In this document: positions 27,969 to 36,967 of the stretch, in pieces
Position numbering within the stretch: position 1 is the stretch's first letter
How the letters are laid out: each line of letters opens with the position of its first letter
Virus record (IMG/VR): IMGVR_UViG_3300007544_000177
Location: 1-36,998 of that record
Length of the DNA: 36,998 bases
Source: a virus
Taxonomy: Duplodnaviria > Caudoviricetes
Reading direction: 5' to 3' (one strand)
Program-made: the position numbers and the translations under genes
The notes under the pieces: model-generated
What the model saw: only the letters and a program-made list of their open reading frames with translations
What the model was told of the DNA's origin: nothing
Database searches by the model: none

Positions 27969-29575
27969 TGGGAGTTCAAGGGCAACCTAAGAAAACATTA
28001 AAAGAAATAATAGCTGAAGAATATCGTAAATGTGCGTTAGACCCCATTTACTTTATGAAGAAGTATTGTATTATTCAGCATCCGGTGAGAGGTAAAATAC
28101 CCTTTCACCTTTTCCCATTTCAGGAAGATTGTTTGACTGATTTTAAAGATAATCGTTTAAATATTATTCTTAAATCACGTCAATTGGGGTTATCAACCTT
28201 ATCTGCAGGGTTTATTTTGTGGAAGATGTTATTCAATCAAGACTTTAATGCATTGGTAATCGCAACCAAAGTGACCGTAGCTAAGAATCTGGTAGAGAAG
28301 GTAAGAGTTATGCATGACTTACTTCCTGTTTGGTTAAGAGATGGTGGAAATAGTTCGGTAGAAGATAATAAACTTTCCCTTAAATTAAAAAATGGTTCAC
28401 AAGTAAAAGCAATCGCAAGTTCTCCAGACGCAGGTCGTTCGGAGGCCCTATCATTATTGATTGTAGATGAAGCCGCATTCATTAGAGATATCGATGAAAT
28501 TTGGTTATCAGCACAATCAACCCTATCAACGGGTGGTTCTGCAATCGTATTATCTACTCCAAATGGTGTGGGTAATTGGTTTCATAAAATGTGGGTAGAA
28601 GGTGAGAGTGGTGCAAACGGATTTAATTGTATTAATTTACATTGGACAAAACATCCAGAAAGAAATCAGGCATGGAGAGACGAACAAACTCGTATATTAG
28701 GAGTTAAAGGTGCATCTCAAGAATGTGATTGTGATTTCGTTGGTTCAGGAGATACTGTAATTGACCCAGCATTATTAACATGGTATAAAGATACCTATGT
28801 AATGGACCCGATTGAAAAAACTGGCTTTGATGGTAATTATTGGAAATGGGAACATCCTAATTACAATAGAGCATATATGGTAGTTGCCGATGTCGCGAGA
28901 GGTGATGGTTCGGATTATTCTACATTCCAAGTAATTGATATTGAAGATTCATCACAAGTTGCAGAATATAGAGGTAAAATAGAAACAAAAGATTTTGGAA
29001 ACTTTTTAGTAGCAGTATCCACAGAATGGAATAACGCACTATTAATTATAGAAAACTCAAATGTAGGATGGGCAACTATCCAACAGGTGATTGATAGAGG
29101 ATATGGTAACCTATTCTATATGAGTAATGACCTAAAATATATTGATGTTGAAAAACAAATGTCTAATAAGTTTTATAGAGACGAAAAGAAATTGGTTGCA
29201 GGATTTGGAACAACGATAAAAACAAGGCCACTTATAATTTCTACATTAGATACATACATAAACAATAAAGATATTTTAATTCGTTCTCAAAGACTTATAG
29301 ATGAATTATTTACATTTATTTGGAGTGGTGGTAGAGCCGAAGCAATGAAAGGATATAATGATGACTTAACAATGGCATTGGCAATTGGACTTTGGGTTCG
29401 TAATACAGCACTTCGTTTGAAACAAGAAGGAATTGATTTAACAAAAACAATGTTAAACTCAACACAGGTAAGTCAGTATACCGGATTTGTTGCATCAGGA
29501 CATCTTAAACAAAATCCTTATGAAATGGATATGGGTAAAAAGGGAGTAGAAAATTTAACTTGGTTATTAGGATAA
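27968..29575 (+). CDS. terL: Terminase large subunit (T4 gp17-like)
   Basis: LFPFQ, LKSRQLGLST (Walker A), LLIVDEAAF (Walker B), STPNG, nuclease VADVARG..SDYS, IIENSNVG, DDLTMA. Confidence 0.95.
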   Translation: MGVQGQPKKTLKEIIAEEYRKCALDPIYFMKKYCIIQHPVRGKIPFHLFPFQEDCLTDFKDNRLNIILKSRQLGLSTLSAGFILWKMLFNQDFNALVIATKVTVAKNLVEKVRVMHDLLPVWLRDGGNSSVEDNKLSLKLKNGSQVKAIASSPDAGRSEALSLLIVDEAAFIRDIDEIWLSAQSTLSTGGSAIVLSTPNGVGNWFHKMWVEGESGANGFNCINLHWTKHPERNQAWRDEQTRILGVKGASQECDCDFVGSGDTVIDPALLTWYKDTYVMDPIEKTGFDGNYWKWEHPNYNRAYMVVADVARGDGSDYSTFQVIDIEDSSQVAEYRGKIETKDFGNFLVAVSTEWNNALLIIENSNVGWATIQQVIDRGYGNLFYMSNDLKYIDVEKQMSNKFYRDEKKLVAGFGTTIKTRPLIISTLDTYINNKDILIRSQRLIDELFTFIWSGGRAEAMKGYNDDLTMALAIGLWVRNTALRLKQEGIDLTKTMLNSTQVSQYTGFVASGHLKQNPYEMDMGKKGVENLTWLLG

Positions 29576-29578
29576 TTA

Positions 29579-29588
29579 TATATTTATA
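29579..29588 (+). promoter_or_regulatory. Putative late-promoter motif TATATTTATA
   Basis: Intergenic copy 17 nt before ATG 29606. Confidence 0.55.
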
Positions 29589-29605
29589 TAGTGAAACTCT
29601 TGTAA

Positions 29606-30772
29606 ATGAATGAAGATTTAAATAAATGGTTTAAAGAAAAATGGGTAAACATCGGTAAAAAAATCGATGGTAAACACCCACCATGTGGAACTTCAGGAGA
29701 AAAAAGAGGTTATGCAAAATGTGTTCCTGCAGCAAAAGCAGCCGGAATGAGTAAAAAAGAAAAAGAAAGTGCAACTCAAAGAAAAAGAGCTGCACAAAAT
29801 GATGCAGGAAGAGGCGGTAAAGATAGTGATGGACAAGGTAAGAAACCAATATACGTTTCAACTAAACCAAAAAATGAAACTATGAATATAGAAGAAAGAC
29901 TAAATTTATTTTTAGAAAAAAATTGCCCAACCGATGCAGGTAAATGGGCAGCGTCTAAAGCAGCAGCAAAATCTAAATTTGATGTATATCCATCTGCATA
30001 CGCAAACGGATGGGCAGCAAAAAACTATAAATCTAAAGGTGGTGGGTGGAAAACTTGTAGTGAAAATGTAGTAAGTGAAGTAACGGGTAGAGAAGCAAAA
30101 GAAATTGCTAGATTGACGGGTACACGTGATAGTATAGTACAAAAATTTATAGATGATTTTAATTTGAATGCTAAAAACCTTTTTAATTTTATAGCTAAAG
30201 GAAAAGAAAAAGTTAGAAAAGATTTCGCAACCGCAATGTCGGGTAGACCTGGTAATAAATATCAAGGTGATTTTGTAGGTATGTTTGGAGAGGGTGTAGT
30301 AAACGAAGCTTGTTGGGAAGGATATAAACAAGTTGGTGGCAAAATGAAAAATGGTAAAATGGTTCCAAATTGTGTTCCTATAAGTGAAGATATCAATAGT
30401 GATGATGATGTGAATTATGGTTTAGTGGAACCTGAAGAATACGATGTAGAAGATGAGGATATGGAAGATTTTATTTCTTTTATGAGAAATTATAGTAAAC
30501 AATTATCAGAAGCAAATTGTGGTTGTGTTTACGAAGCAGAATATCAGGGTAGAGATGTTAAATTGGGAAAACCAATGCAGGGTGATATTAAGAAATTCAA
30601 AGTATATGTAAAAAATCCTGCAGGAAATGTTGTTAAGGTAAACTTCGGACAAAAAGGAATGAAAATTAGAAAATCAAACCCTGCAGCTAGAAAATCATTT
30701 AGAGCAAGAATGAATTGTGATAGTCCGGGACCAAGACATAAAGCAAACTATTGGAGTTGTAGGAAATGGTAA
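29606..30772 (+). CDS. Modular basic protein (probable head/internal protein) built of small domains
   Basis: Lies between terminase and portal; discrete basic, Cys/Trp-containing modules separated by x-x-E linkers. Confidence 0.65.
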   Translation: MNEDLNKWFKEKWVNIGKKIDGKHPPCGTSGEKRGYAKCVPAAKAAGMSKKEKESATQRKRAAQNDAGRGGKDSDGQGKKPIYVSTKPKNETMNIEERLNLFLEKNCPTDAGKWAASKAAAKSKFDVYPSAYANGWAAKNYKSKGGGWKTCSENVVSEVTGREAKEIARLTGTRDSIVQKFIDDFNLNAKNLFNFIAKGKEKVRKDFATAMSGRPGNKYQGDFVGMFGEGVVNEACWEGYKQVGGKMKNGKMVPNCVPISEDINSDDDVNYGLVEPEEYDVEDEDMEDFISFMRNYSKQLSEANCGCVYEAEYQGRDVKLGKPMQGDIKKFKVYVKNPAGNVVKVNFGQKGMKIRKSNPAARKSFRARMNCDSPGPRHKANYWSCRKW

Positions 30773-30793
30773 TATTTGGTAATACCAAATATT
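30771..30793 (+). terminator. Perfect 10-bp inverted repeat (possible terminator or processing hairpin)
   Basis: AATATTTGGT-aat-ACCAAATATT at the stop codon of 29606..30772; short T tail; followed by the promoter-like TATATTTAGA at 30799-30808. Confidence 0.45.
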
Positions 30794-30827
30794 TTCCGTA
30801 TATTTAGAAAAATAGAATTATATAAAA

Positions 30828-32567
30828 ATGGCAGACAAAACAATATTTAGTAGGTTACAAAAATTATTTTCAACAAACACAATTGTTCGTAAAACACAAG
30901 ATGGTGTAAAAGTTGTTGATACCGATGAGTGGCAGAATATGACCACAAACTTGGTTGACCGCTTTATGAAAATGAAAGTGACAAACTATGGTACAGGACA
31001 AACGGCATCATCAATGGCATATCAGCAAGTTAGAATTGACTTGTTTAGAGATTATGACTCAATGGACTCAGACCCAATCTTATCATCAGCATTGGATGTA
31101 TATTCAGATGAAACAACCGCTAGAAATGAAATGGGTAATGTTTTAAAAATTCATCATGAAGATGACCAAATAAAACAATTATTAGAAAATTTATTCTATG
31201 ATATTCTTAATGTAGAATTTAACTTATGGCCATGGACTAGAAACTTAGTTAAATATGGTGATTTTTTCCTACAATTAGAAATAGCAGATAAATTGGGCAT
31301 TGTAAATGTAATGGCATTATCAACATATGAAGTTAGTAGAGTAGAAAACTTTGACCCAGAAAATCCTCAAAGAGTTAAATTTGTATACGCACCATATCAA
31401 AACCCATCAGGTGGTTATGGTCAAACTCCAAAGAAAGAATTTGAAAACTATGAAATAGCTCACTTTAGATTAAATTCTGATTCAAACTTTTTACCTTACG
31501 GAAAATCAATGATTGAAGGTGCAAGAAGAGTTTGGAAACAATTGATGTTAATGGAAGATGCTATGTTAATTCATAGAGTAATGAGAGCTCCTGAAAAAAG
31601 AATATTCAAAATTGACGTAGGTAATATTCCACCAAACGAAGTGGATAATTACATGCAAAAAATTATCAATAGTTCTAAAAAAGTTCCATTTGTAGACGAA
31701 AGAACTGGTGATTATAATTTGAAATATAATATGCAGAACCTTATTGAAGATTATTATATGCCGGTAAGAGGTAATGATAATGGTACTTCAATTGATACCC
31801 TAAAAGGTTTGGAGTACAATATGATTGATGATATTAACTACTTAAAAGGCAAGTTAATGGCAGCATTGAAAATTCCAAAAGCATTCTTAGGATATGAGGA
31901 AGATGTGAATGGTAAAGCAACTCTTGCAGCACAAGATGTTAGATTTGCAAAAACAATTGAAAGAGTACAAAGAGTATTAATTTCAGAATTGACTAAAATA
32001 GCAATTATTCACTTATACGCACAAGGTATTACGGATGATAGATTAACTGACTTTACATTAGAACTTACAATACCATCAAAAATATACGAACAAGAACAAG
32101 TTGAATTATATACTTCTAAAGTGGCATTAATTCAATCAATGCAACAAACTAAAATGTTCTCTAAAGAGTGGATGTATGAAGCAGTAATGAAACTTGCAAA
32201 AGATGAACAAGATACAATGACATTACAAGTATTAGATGATACAAAACAAACATTCCGTTTAACCTCAATTGAAACACAAGGTGTAGACCCCGCAAAAGAA
32301 ACAGGTACCGATGAACCAACTAATGTAGAAGAAGAATTGAATAGACTTAAATCGGAATTAGAAGAAGATGAAAATATCGGCCGTCCAAAAGACCCTGTTA
32401 GATATGGTAAAGATGACCACCCACAAGGTAGAGACCCATTGGGTATTAAAACTCTTAAACAAAAAGAAGGGTCTGTAAAATTTAAAGCAAGAGATTCATA
32501 TTTAGAGATATTTAAAGATATGGACGGAAATAAAAAGACTATTTTAACAGAAGATAACACAAAATAG
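30828..32567 (+). CDS. Portal protein (T4 gp20-like)
   Basis: YDSMD.DP..SSALD, YGDFFL, IAHFRL, LMEDAMLIHRVMRAPEKRIFKIDVGNIP, EDYYMPVRG, IDTLKG, ALKIPK. Confidence 0.95.
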   Translation: MADKTIFSRLQKLFSTNTIVRKTQDGVKVVDTDEWQNMTTNLVDRFMKMKVTNYGTGQTASSMAYQQVRIDLFRDYDSMDSDPILSSALDVYSDETTARNEMGNVLKIHHEDDQIKQLLENLFYDILNVEFNLWPWTRNLVKYGDFFLQLEIADKLGIVNVMALSTYEVSRVENFDPENPQRVKFVYAPYQNPSGGYGQTPKKEFENYEIAHFRLNSDSNFLPYGKSMIEGARRVWKQLMLMEDAMLIHRVMRAPEKRIFKIDVGNIPPNEVDNYMQKIINSSKKVPFVDERTGDYNLKYNMQNLIEDYYMPVRGNDNGTSIDTLKGLEYNMIDDINYLKGKLMAALKIPKAFLGYEEDVNGKATLAAQDVRFAKTIERVQRVLISELTKIAIIHLYAQGITDDRLTDFTLELTIPSKIYEQEQVELYTSKVALIQSMQQTKMFSKEWMYEAVMKLAKDEQDTMTLQVLDDTKQTFRLTSIETQGVDPAKETGTDEPTNVEEELNRLKSELEEDENIGRPKDPVRYGKDDHPQGRDPLGIKTLKQKEGSVKFKARDSYLEIFKDMDGNKKTILTEDNTK

Positions 32568-32586
32568 TAATAAACCAATAATAAAA

Positions 32587-32596
32587 TATATTTATA
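32587..32596 (+). promoter_or_regulatory. Putative late-promoter motif TATATTTATA
   Basis: Intergenic copy between the portal gene and the next gene. Confidence 0.55.
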
Positions 32597-32617
32597 TCAG
32601 AATAATTGTATAATTTA

Positions 32618-33490
32618 ATGAAAAAAATAAAACATTCAAAGTTTAAAAATACGGGATTCTTATTTGAATTATTAGTGAGACAAATTACCTCAGAGGTTAT
32701 GTCATCTAGTAAGTCGGTGGCCGAAAAGCTTTTAAAAGAACACTTTAATTCTAAACAAGAATTATCAAAAGAATTGAAATTATATCAATATCTTATTAAT
32801 GAAAAATATAATTCAGAATCAAAGGCTGAACAATTCATCAATACAATATTGGAAGCTCGTAAAAAAATAGACGAGAAAAAACTTACAAAGGAAAAATACA
32901 ATCTTATAAAAGAAATTAAAGAAACTTATGATTTAGATGAGTTTATTAAATCTCCAATTTCCAATTATAAAACACTAGCATCTATTTATAAAATATTTGA
33001 AACAGTTGTAACCGATACACAATACGAACCAACCGACATAGTATCAGCAAGATTTACAATTGCAGAAAATATTATAAATTCTTCTATTCAAAATAAAGAT
33101 GTAAAACTTAAAGATGCAGTTTTAGAAGAATACAGAAAACAAGATGATGATTTAAGAGCAGTTTCTTATAAACTATTGGTTGAATCATTTAATAACAAAT
33201 ATAGTAATCTTACAAATGACCAAAAAGGTTTATTAAGAGAATATATTAATAATATCAATAATACTGGTAAATTAAGTGAATACGTTTCAAATGAGATAAC
33301 CAAATTAGTAGAAGGGTTGAAAGAAGTTGGTTCTAAAATTTCTGACAAAGTTACAAAAATCAAATTAGCAGAAACAATTGCAAATGTTAGAAAAATTAAA
33401 TCTGTTAAAAAGATTAAAGAACAACATTTATCAGCAATGATGATGACATACGAATTATTAAAAGAATTAAAAGAATCAATTAAAAAATAA
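32618..33490 (+). CDS. Helical protein downstream of portal, probably head assembly (ATG 32618 preferred over TTG 32606)
   Basis: MKKIKHSKFKNTGFLFELLVRQIT...; position between portal and prohead protease. Confidence 0.65.
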   Translation: MKKIKHSKFKNTGFLFELLVRQITSEVMSSSKSVAEKLLKEHFNSKQELSKELKLYQYLINEKYNSESKAEQFINTILEARKKIDEKKLTKEKYNLIKEIKETYDLDEFIKSPISNYKTLASIYKIFETVVTDTQYEPTDIVSARFTIAENIINSSIQNKDVKLKDAVLEEYRKQDDDLRAVSYKLLVESFNNKYSNLTNDQKGLLREYINNINNTGKLSEYVSNEITKLVEGLKEVGSKISDKVTKIKLAETIANVRKIKSVKKIKEQHLSAMMMTYELLKELKESIKK

Positions 33491-33493
33491 AAA

Positions 33494-33763
33494 ATGGTAA
33501 ATTATAGAATATTTAACGCAAAAGAATTTGTAGCAGCAGGAGCTGGTACATCTGGTTCTTTAGAAAGTGCATGGGGTGTAATGAGAGGTTCGGCAGTTTG
33601 TTCGGGTTCAGTAACATTGGAAGGATTTGTAACTCCATCGGGTTCAACACCGGTTAGTACACGTTCTACATTGAAATTAGAATCATTAGCACAGGGTGAA
33701 CCAATTCCTTGTTATGTTAGAAGCATTACGGTAACATCTGGAACAGCATATTTATTAGCATAA
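33494..33763 (+). CDS. Small Ser/Gly/Thr-rich beta protein, probably structural
   Basis: Repeated SGS motifs; in the head module. Confidence 0.6.
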   Translation: MVNYRIFNAKEFVAAGAGTSGSLESAWGVMRGSAVCSGSVTLEGFVTPSGSTPVSTRSTLKLESLAQGEPIPCYVRSITVTSGTAYLLA

Positions 33764-33777
33764 TAAATTTAAAAAAA

Positions 33778-34221
33778 ATGCCAACAACACCCAAAGAGCA
33801 ACAATTAAGTAAGATTAGAGAAATCGTTCGTAAAATAGTTAGAGAAAGAATGATTGACGAAATGAACACTACCGGTGGTGTGGAGGGATATAATACACCT
33901 TTTGCATTTAGTGGTAAAGGTGGTGAAAAGAAAAAAGCAAAAAGACAAGCAGACCTTACAGGATACACACCAGTTAATGAAAATAGATGGTTGGCATTGA
34001 AACAAGATGAATCAACTGCACAGGCTAAAATTGGTAGAGGTATATCTAATATCAATAAACAATTAAAAGAAATGGAAAGATTTCTTAATTGGTATGGTAA
34101 GATTAAGAACGAAAGTGGTGTAGATAATAAATCTTACTGGAAAAGGACAAATAGTCATATTTATAGTATACAAGAGAGATTATTAAAACTAGACCAAAAA
34201 ATTAGACAAATATCAGAATAA
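33778..34221 (+). CDS. Hypothetical head-associated protein
   Basis: KIREIVRKIVRE leader, IDE|MNTTGGVEGYNTPFAF, C-terminal coiled coil. Confidence 0.65.
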   Translation: MPTTPKEQQLSKIREIVRKIVRERMIDEMNTTGGVEGYNTPFAFSGKGGEKKKAKRQADLTGYTPVNENRWLALKQDESTAQAKIGRGISNINKQLKEMERFLNWYGKIKNESGVDNKSYWKRTNSHIYSIQERLLKLDQKIRQISE

Positions 34222-34535
34222 TGAAACATACAGAATTAAAAGAACTTATCCGTCAGGTAGTAAAAGAAGAAAGTGATTACCAACAATTATTCAAACATAT
34301 GTTGGATAGAACGGGTAAATCTATTCCTGATATGACAGATGCAGAAAAAGTTAAATTTTTTACTGCAGTAGATAAAGCTAGCAAAGCAAAATCAGAAGGT
34401 AAATTAACAGGATACAACGAAGCTGAATTATCTGCAGGTCAAAAGAAAATTGATGTTGATGGTGATGGTGAAATTGAAGGAAGTGATTTAGCTACGTTAA
34501 GAAATAAGAACGAAGTTATTCAAAAAAAAAAGTAA
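34221..34535 (+). CDS. Head-associated protein with EF-hand-like loop; ends in a slippery A10-G-TAA
   Basis: MKHTELKELIRQVVKEE leader; DVDGDGEIEGSD fits DxDxDG. Confidence 0.7.
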   Translation: MKHTELKELIRQVVKEESDYQQLFKHMLDRTGKSIPDMTDAEKVKFFTAVDKASKAKSEGKLTGYNEAELSAGQKKIDVDGDGEIEGSDLATLRNKNEVIQKKK

Positions 34536-34543
34536 ATGAATCT

Positions 34544-34948
34544 TTGGCCGTTGATATAATGGTCACATTGGGTGCATTTATTATTGGTAAGATTGTTTTT
34601 TATTATATGTGGGATTTGGTTGATAAAGGAATGAAATACTTTACTGCTAAACCAGATTATAAAAAACCGGTAACAAACATATTGGATACATTATCAAATA
34701 ACAAAAGTTTTATAAATGATGTAACCAAATTGATTGACCAAAAAAAGGGAATTGATAGTTCAACGGCTGATAAAATAGTTAAATTACCATATGCACAAAC
34801 ACAAATAATAAAAGTGATTGATGATGCAAATGGTGAATTGGATAAAACAGAAATAGAAAACCAATTAAAAACTATATTTTTCAAATCTTGGTCAGATAAA
34901 TCAATTACTGATAAAGCAATAGAAAAAGTTAAAAAGGATATAAAATAA
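34544..34948 (+). CDS. Hypothetical ORF with N-terminal hydrophobic helix; probably the -1 frameshift extension of 34221..34535
   Basis: Only TTG or a downstream ATG is available as a start; the frame is open back through the A-run (KKKVNESLAVDIM). Confidence 0.6.
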   Translation: MAVDIMVTLGAFIIGKIVFYYMWDLVDKGMKYFTAKPDYKKPVTNILDTLSNNKSFINDVTKLIDQKKGIDSSTADKIVKLPYAQTQIIKVIDDANGELDKTEIENQLKTIFFKSWSDKSITDKAIEKVKKDIK

Positions 34949-34949
34949 C

Positions 34950-35540
34950 ATGAATAAAGGATTATTAATAGAAACACATTTGTTCGAAGCAAAACTTCAA
35001 CAAGAAGAAAATGGAACTTATTTAGTTAAGGGCATTTTGCAAAGAGCAGGTGCACCTAATCAAAATAATAGAAGATATCCAAAAGAAATTTTAGAGAGAG
35101 AGTGTCAAAAATACCAACAACTTATTAAAGAAAGAAGAGCTTTAGGTGAATTAGACCATCCTGAATCTCCTGTTATTAATTTAAAGAATGTATCACATAA
35201 CATTAGAGAAATCTATTGGGAAGGTGATGATGTATGTGGAGTAGTAGAAATACTTTCAACACCATCAGGCAACATCTTAAAAGAATTATTAAAGAACAAC
35301 ATTCGTTTAGGTATTTCATCTAGAGGATTGGGTTCAGTAAAAGAATTAAGAGATGGTACTGTAATGGTAGCAGAAGATTTTGAATTAGTAGGTTGGGATT
35401 TTGTATCTAACCCATCAACACATGGAGCATTTATGGCACCTTTACAGGAGTCAAAACAATGGGCAAAGATAGCAGAAGAATGTGGTAAGTGGTGTCGTTC
35501 ACAAGATTTAATGAGAGAAATTATAATAGAACTTAATTAA
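34950..35540 (+). CDS. Prohead maturation protease (T4 gp21-like)
   Basis: NQNNRRYP, ALGELDHP, VSHNI, TPSG, GISSRGLGSV, DFVSNPSTHGAF. Confidence 0.95.
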   Translation: MNKGLLIETHLFEAKLQQEENGTYLVKGILQRAGAPNQNNRRYPKEILERECQKYQQLIKERRALGELDHPESPVINLKNVSHNIREIYWEGDDVCGVVEILSTPSGNILKELLKNNIRLGISSRGLGSVKELRDGTVMVAEDFELVGWDFVSNPSTHGAFMAPLQESKQWAKIAEECGKWCRSQDLMREIIIELN

Positions 35541-35547
35541 TAATAAA

Positions 35548-35799
35548 ATGGCAAAGTTAATAAACTTAATACCTGGTAGAGAATTGAGAAAGGAGTCCAT
35601 AGAAGATATGGATACAAATTTACCTGCACAGATGGAAAAATTTTTGGATAGAACTATTAATATTATTAAAAGTTATAATTTACCAAGAAAAAAAGAACAA
35701 TTAGTAATAGCAAAAATAATTGACTCATTGGGAATGGATAAACAACAATTGATGCAAGCAATTAGTAAAATTAAGAAAAACGATATTTTAAAGAAATAG
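35548..35799 (+). CDS. Hypothetical protein
   Basis: Tightly packed ORF; MAKLINLIP...LRKE leader. Confidence 0.65.
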   Translation: MAKLINLIPGRELRKESIEDMDTNLPAQMEKFLDRTINIIKSYNLPRKKEQLVIAKIIDSLGMDKQQLMQAISKIKKNDILKK

Positions 35800-35802
35800 T
35801 AT

Positions 35803-36228
35803 ATGATAAAGTTAAAAGATATATTAAAAGAAACCGAAGAGTTTCAACAACTTCCAACCGAATTGAAAAAGCATTTCTTAGAAATCATTTCAACATATAA
35901 TCAGCATAGAGAAGGAATGAGTAGAAAATCCGATATTATGCAAATAGCAGAAACATTGGGTGGAATTGCAGATGCTGCACAAGAATATACTTTAAGAGAA
36001 GGTGGTGATTGGTTTGATAGAGTTACTATTAAAAGAAATATGAGTGAGTTAAAGAAATTACAAACCGGATTCGAAAAAGAAGCAGTAGAAGCTCAATCTC
36101 AACAACAAAGATTAGAAGCACTTTACGAAGATATGGGACATGTATTAGGTAGATACTTTGAAATAGCAGATTTATCGGAAGAAGTGATGAAACAGAGATT
36201 GGGAATTAGAGAAAACAAAAAGAAATAA
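35803..36228 (+). CDS. Hypothetical head-associated helical protein
   Basis: MIKLKDILKE leader; DWFDRVTIKRNM; LEALYEDMGHVLGRYFEI. Confidence 0.7.
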   Translation: MIKLKDILKETEEFQQLPTELKKHFLEIISTYNQHREGMSRKSDIMQIAETLGGIADAAQEYTLREGGDWFDRVTIKRNMSELKKLQTGFEKEAVEAQSQQQRLEALYEDMGHVLGRYFEIADLSEEVMKQRLGIRENKKK

Positions 36229-36599
36229 TGGAACAATTAGCTTCATTATTATTACACAGTAGAACACAAGCACATTCATTCCATTTAGGAGTTAAAGGTG
36301 TTGGTGCATTTTCTGCACATTCTGCACTACAATTATACTATCTTAATGTTGCAGGTTTAGTAGATGGATTAGTTGAAGCATATCAAGGACAATACGGGTT
36401 GATTAAATTGCAACCGGTAAGTGGTTTAGATACAAATAATGATATCAAAAATGTAATTGCATATTTTGATAAATTGATTGCAGTAGTTGCAAAATTAAGA
36501 AAAGACGAAAAATTACAAATGAGTTGGTTACAAAACGATATAGATACGATTGTAACTTTACTATACTCAACAAAATACAAGTTGACAAATTTACAATAG
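36228..36599 (+). CDS. Dps/ferritin-like four-helix protein
   Basis: HSFHL...AHSALQLYY...VDGLVEAYQG follows the Dps H..HW...H...Y...D..AE pattern. Confidence 0.6.
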   Translation: MEQLASLLLHSRTQAHSFHLGVKGVGAFSAHSALQLYYLNVAGLVDGLVEAYQGQYGLIKLQPVSGLDTNNDIKNVIAYFDKLIAVVAKLRKDEKLQMSWLQNDIDTIVTLLYSTKYKLTNLQ

Positions 36600-36603
36600 A
36601 AGA

Positions 36604-36780
36604 ATGTTAGTAGTAAGTGTTAGGGGCGGAAATATAGAGTGGGCAATAAAAGATTACAAAAAGAGAATTCAGTCCATAAAACAAATAGAAGAACTTAGAG
36701 AAAGGAAGAACTTTATTAAACCTTCTAAAAGAAAGAGGTTACAAAAAGAAGAAACTATAAGAAAAAACAAACTATTTTAA
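36604..36780 (+). CDS. rpsU: Phage-encoded 30S ribosomal protein bS21 (58 aa, missed by the ORF track)
   Basis: Translated by hand: MLVVSVRGGNIEWAIKDYKKRIQSIKQIEELRERKNFIKPSKRKRLQKEETIRKNKLF*. Has the bS21 signature NIE.A+K.+K...ELR.R..F.KPS..+R. Confidence 0.85.
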   Translation: MLVVSVRGGNIEWAIKDYKKRIQSIKQIEELRERKNFIKPSKRKRLQKEETIRKNKLF

Positions 36781-36810
36781 TAGTTTTCTTTAGTTTTCTA
36801 AAAAATTTAC

Positions 36811-36967
36811 ATATATATTATCAAATATCTTATTTTTTATTATAAGATTACAAGACAGAGTTGATTAATGAATACCCTTCTCATAAGGTGTGACCGAACA
36901 ATCAACATAATTACATTGGAGTTCCCTACAAGAATAACTTCACAAACAAATTTAAGGAAAAAACAAG
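36811..36967 (+). promoter_or_regulatory. Promoter-like motif plus structured 5' leader with SD-like AAGGA
   Basis: ATATATATTAT at 36811-36821 (same as 26604-26614), several stems, AAGGA at 36954-36958. Confidence 0.5.
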
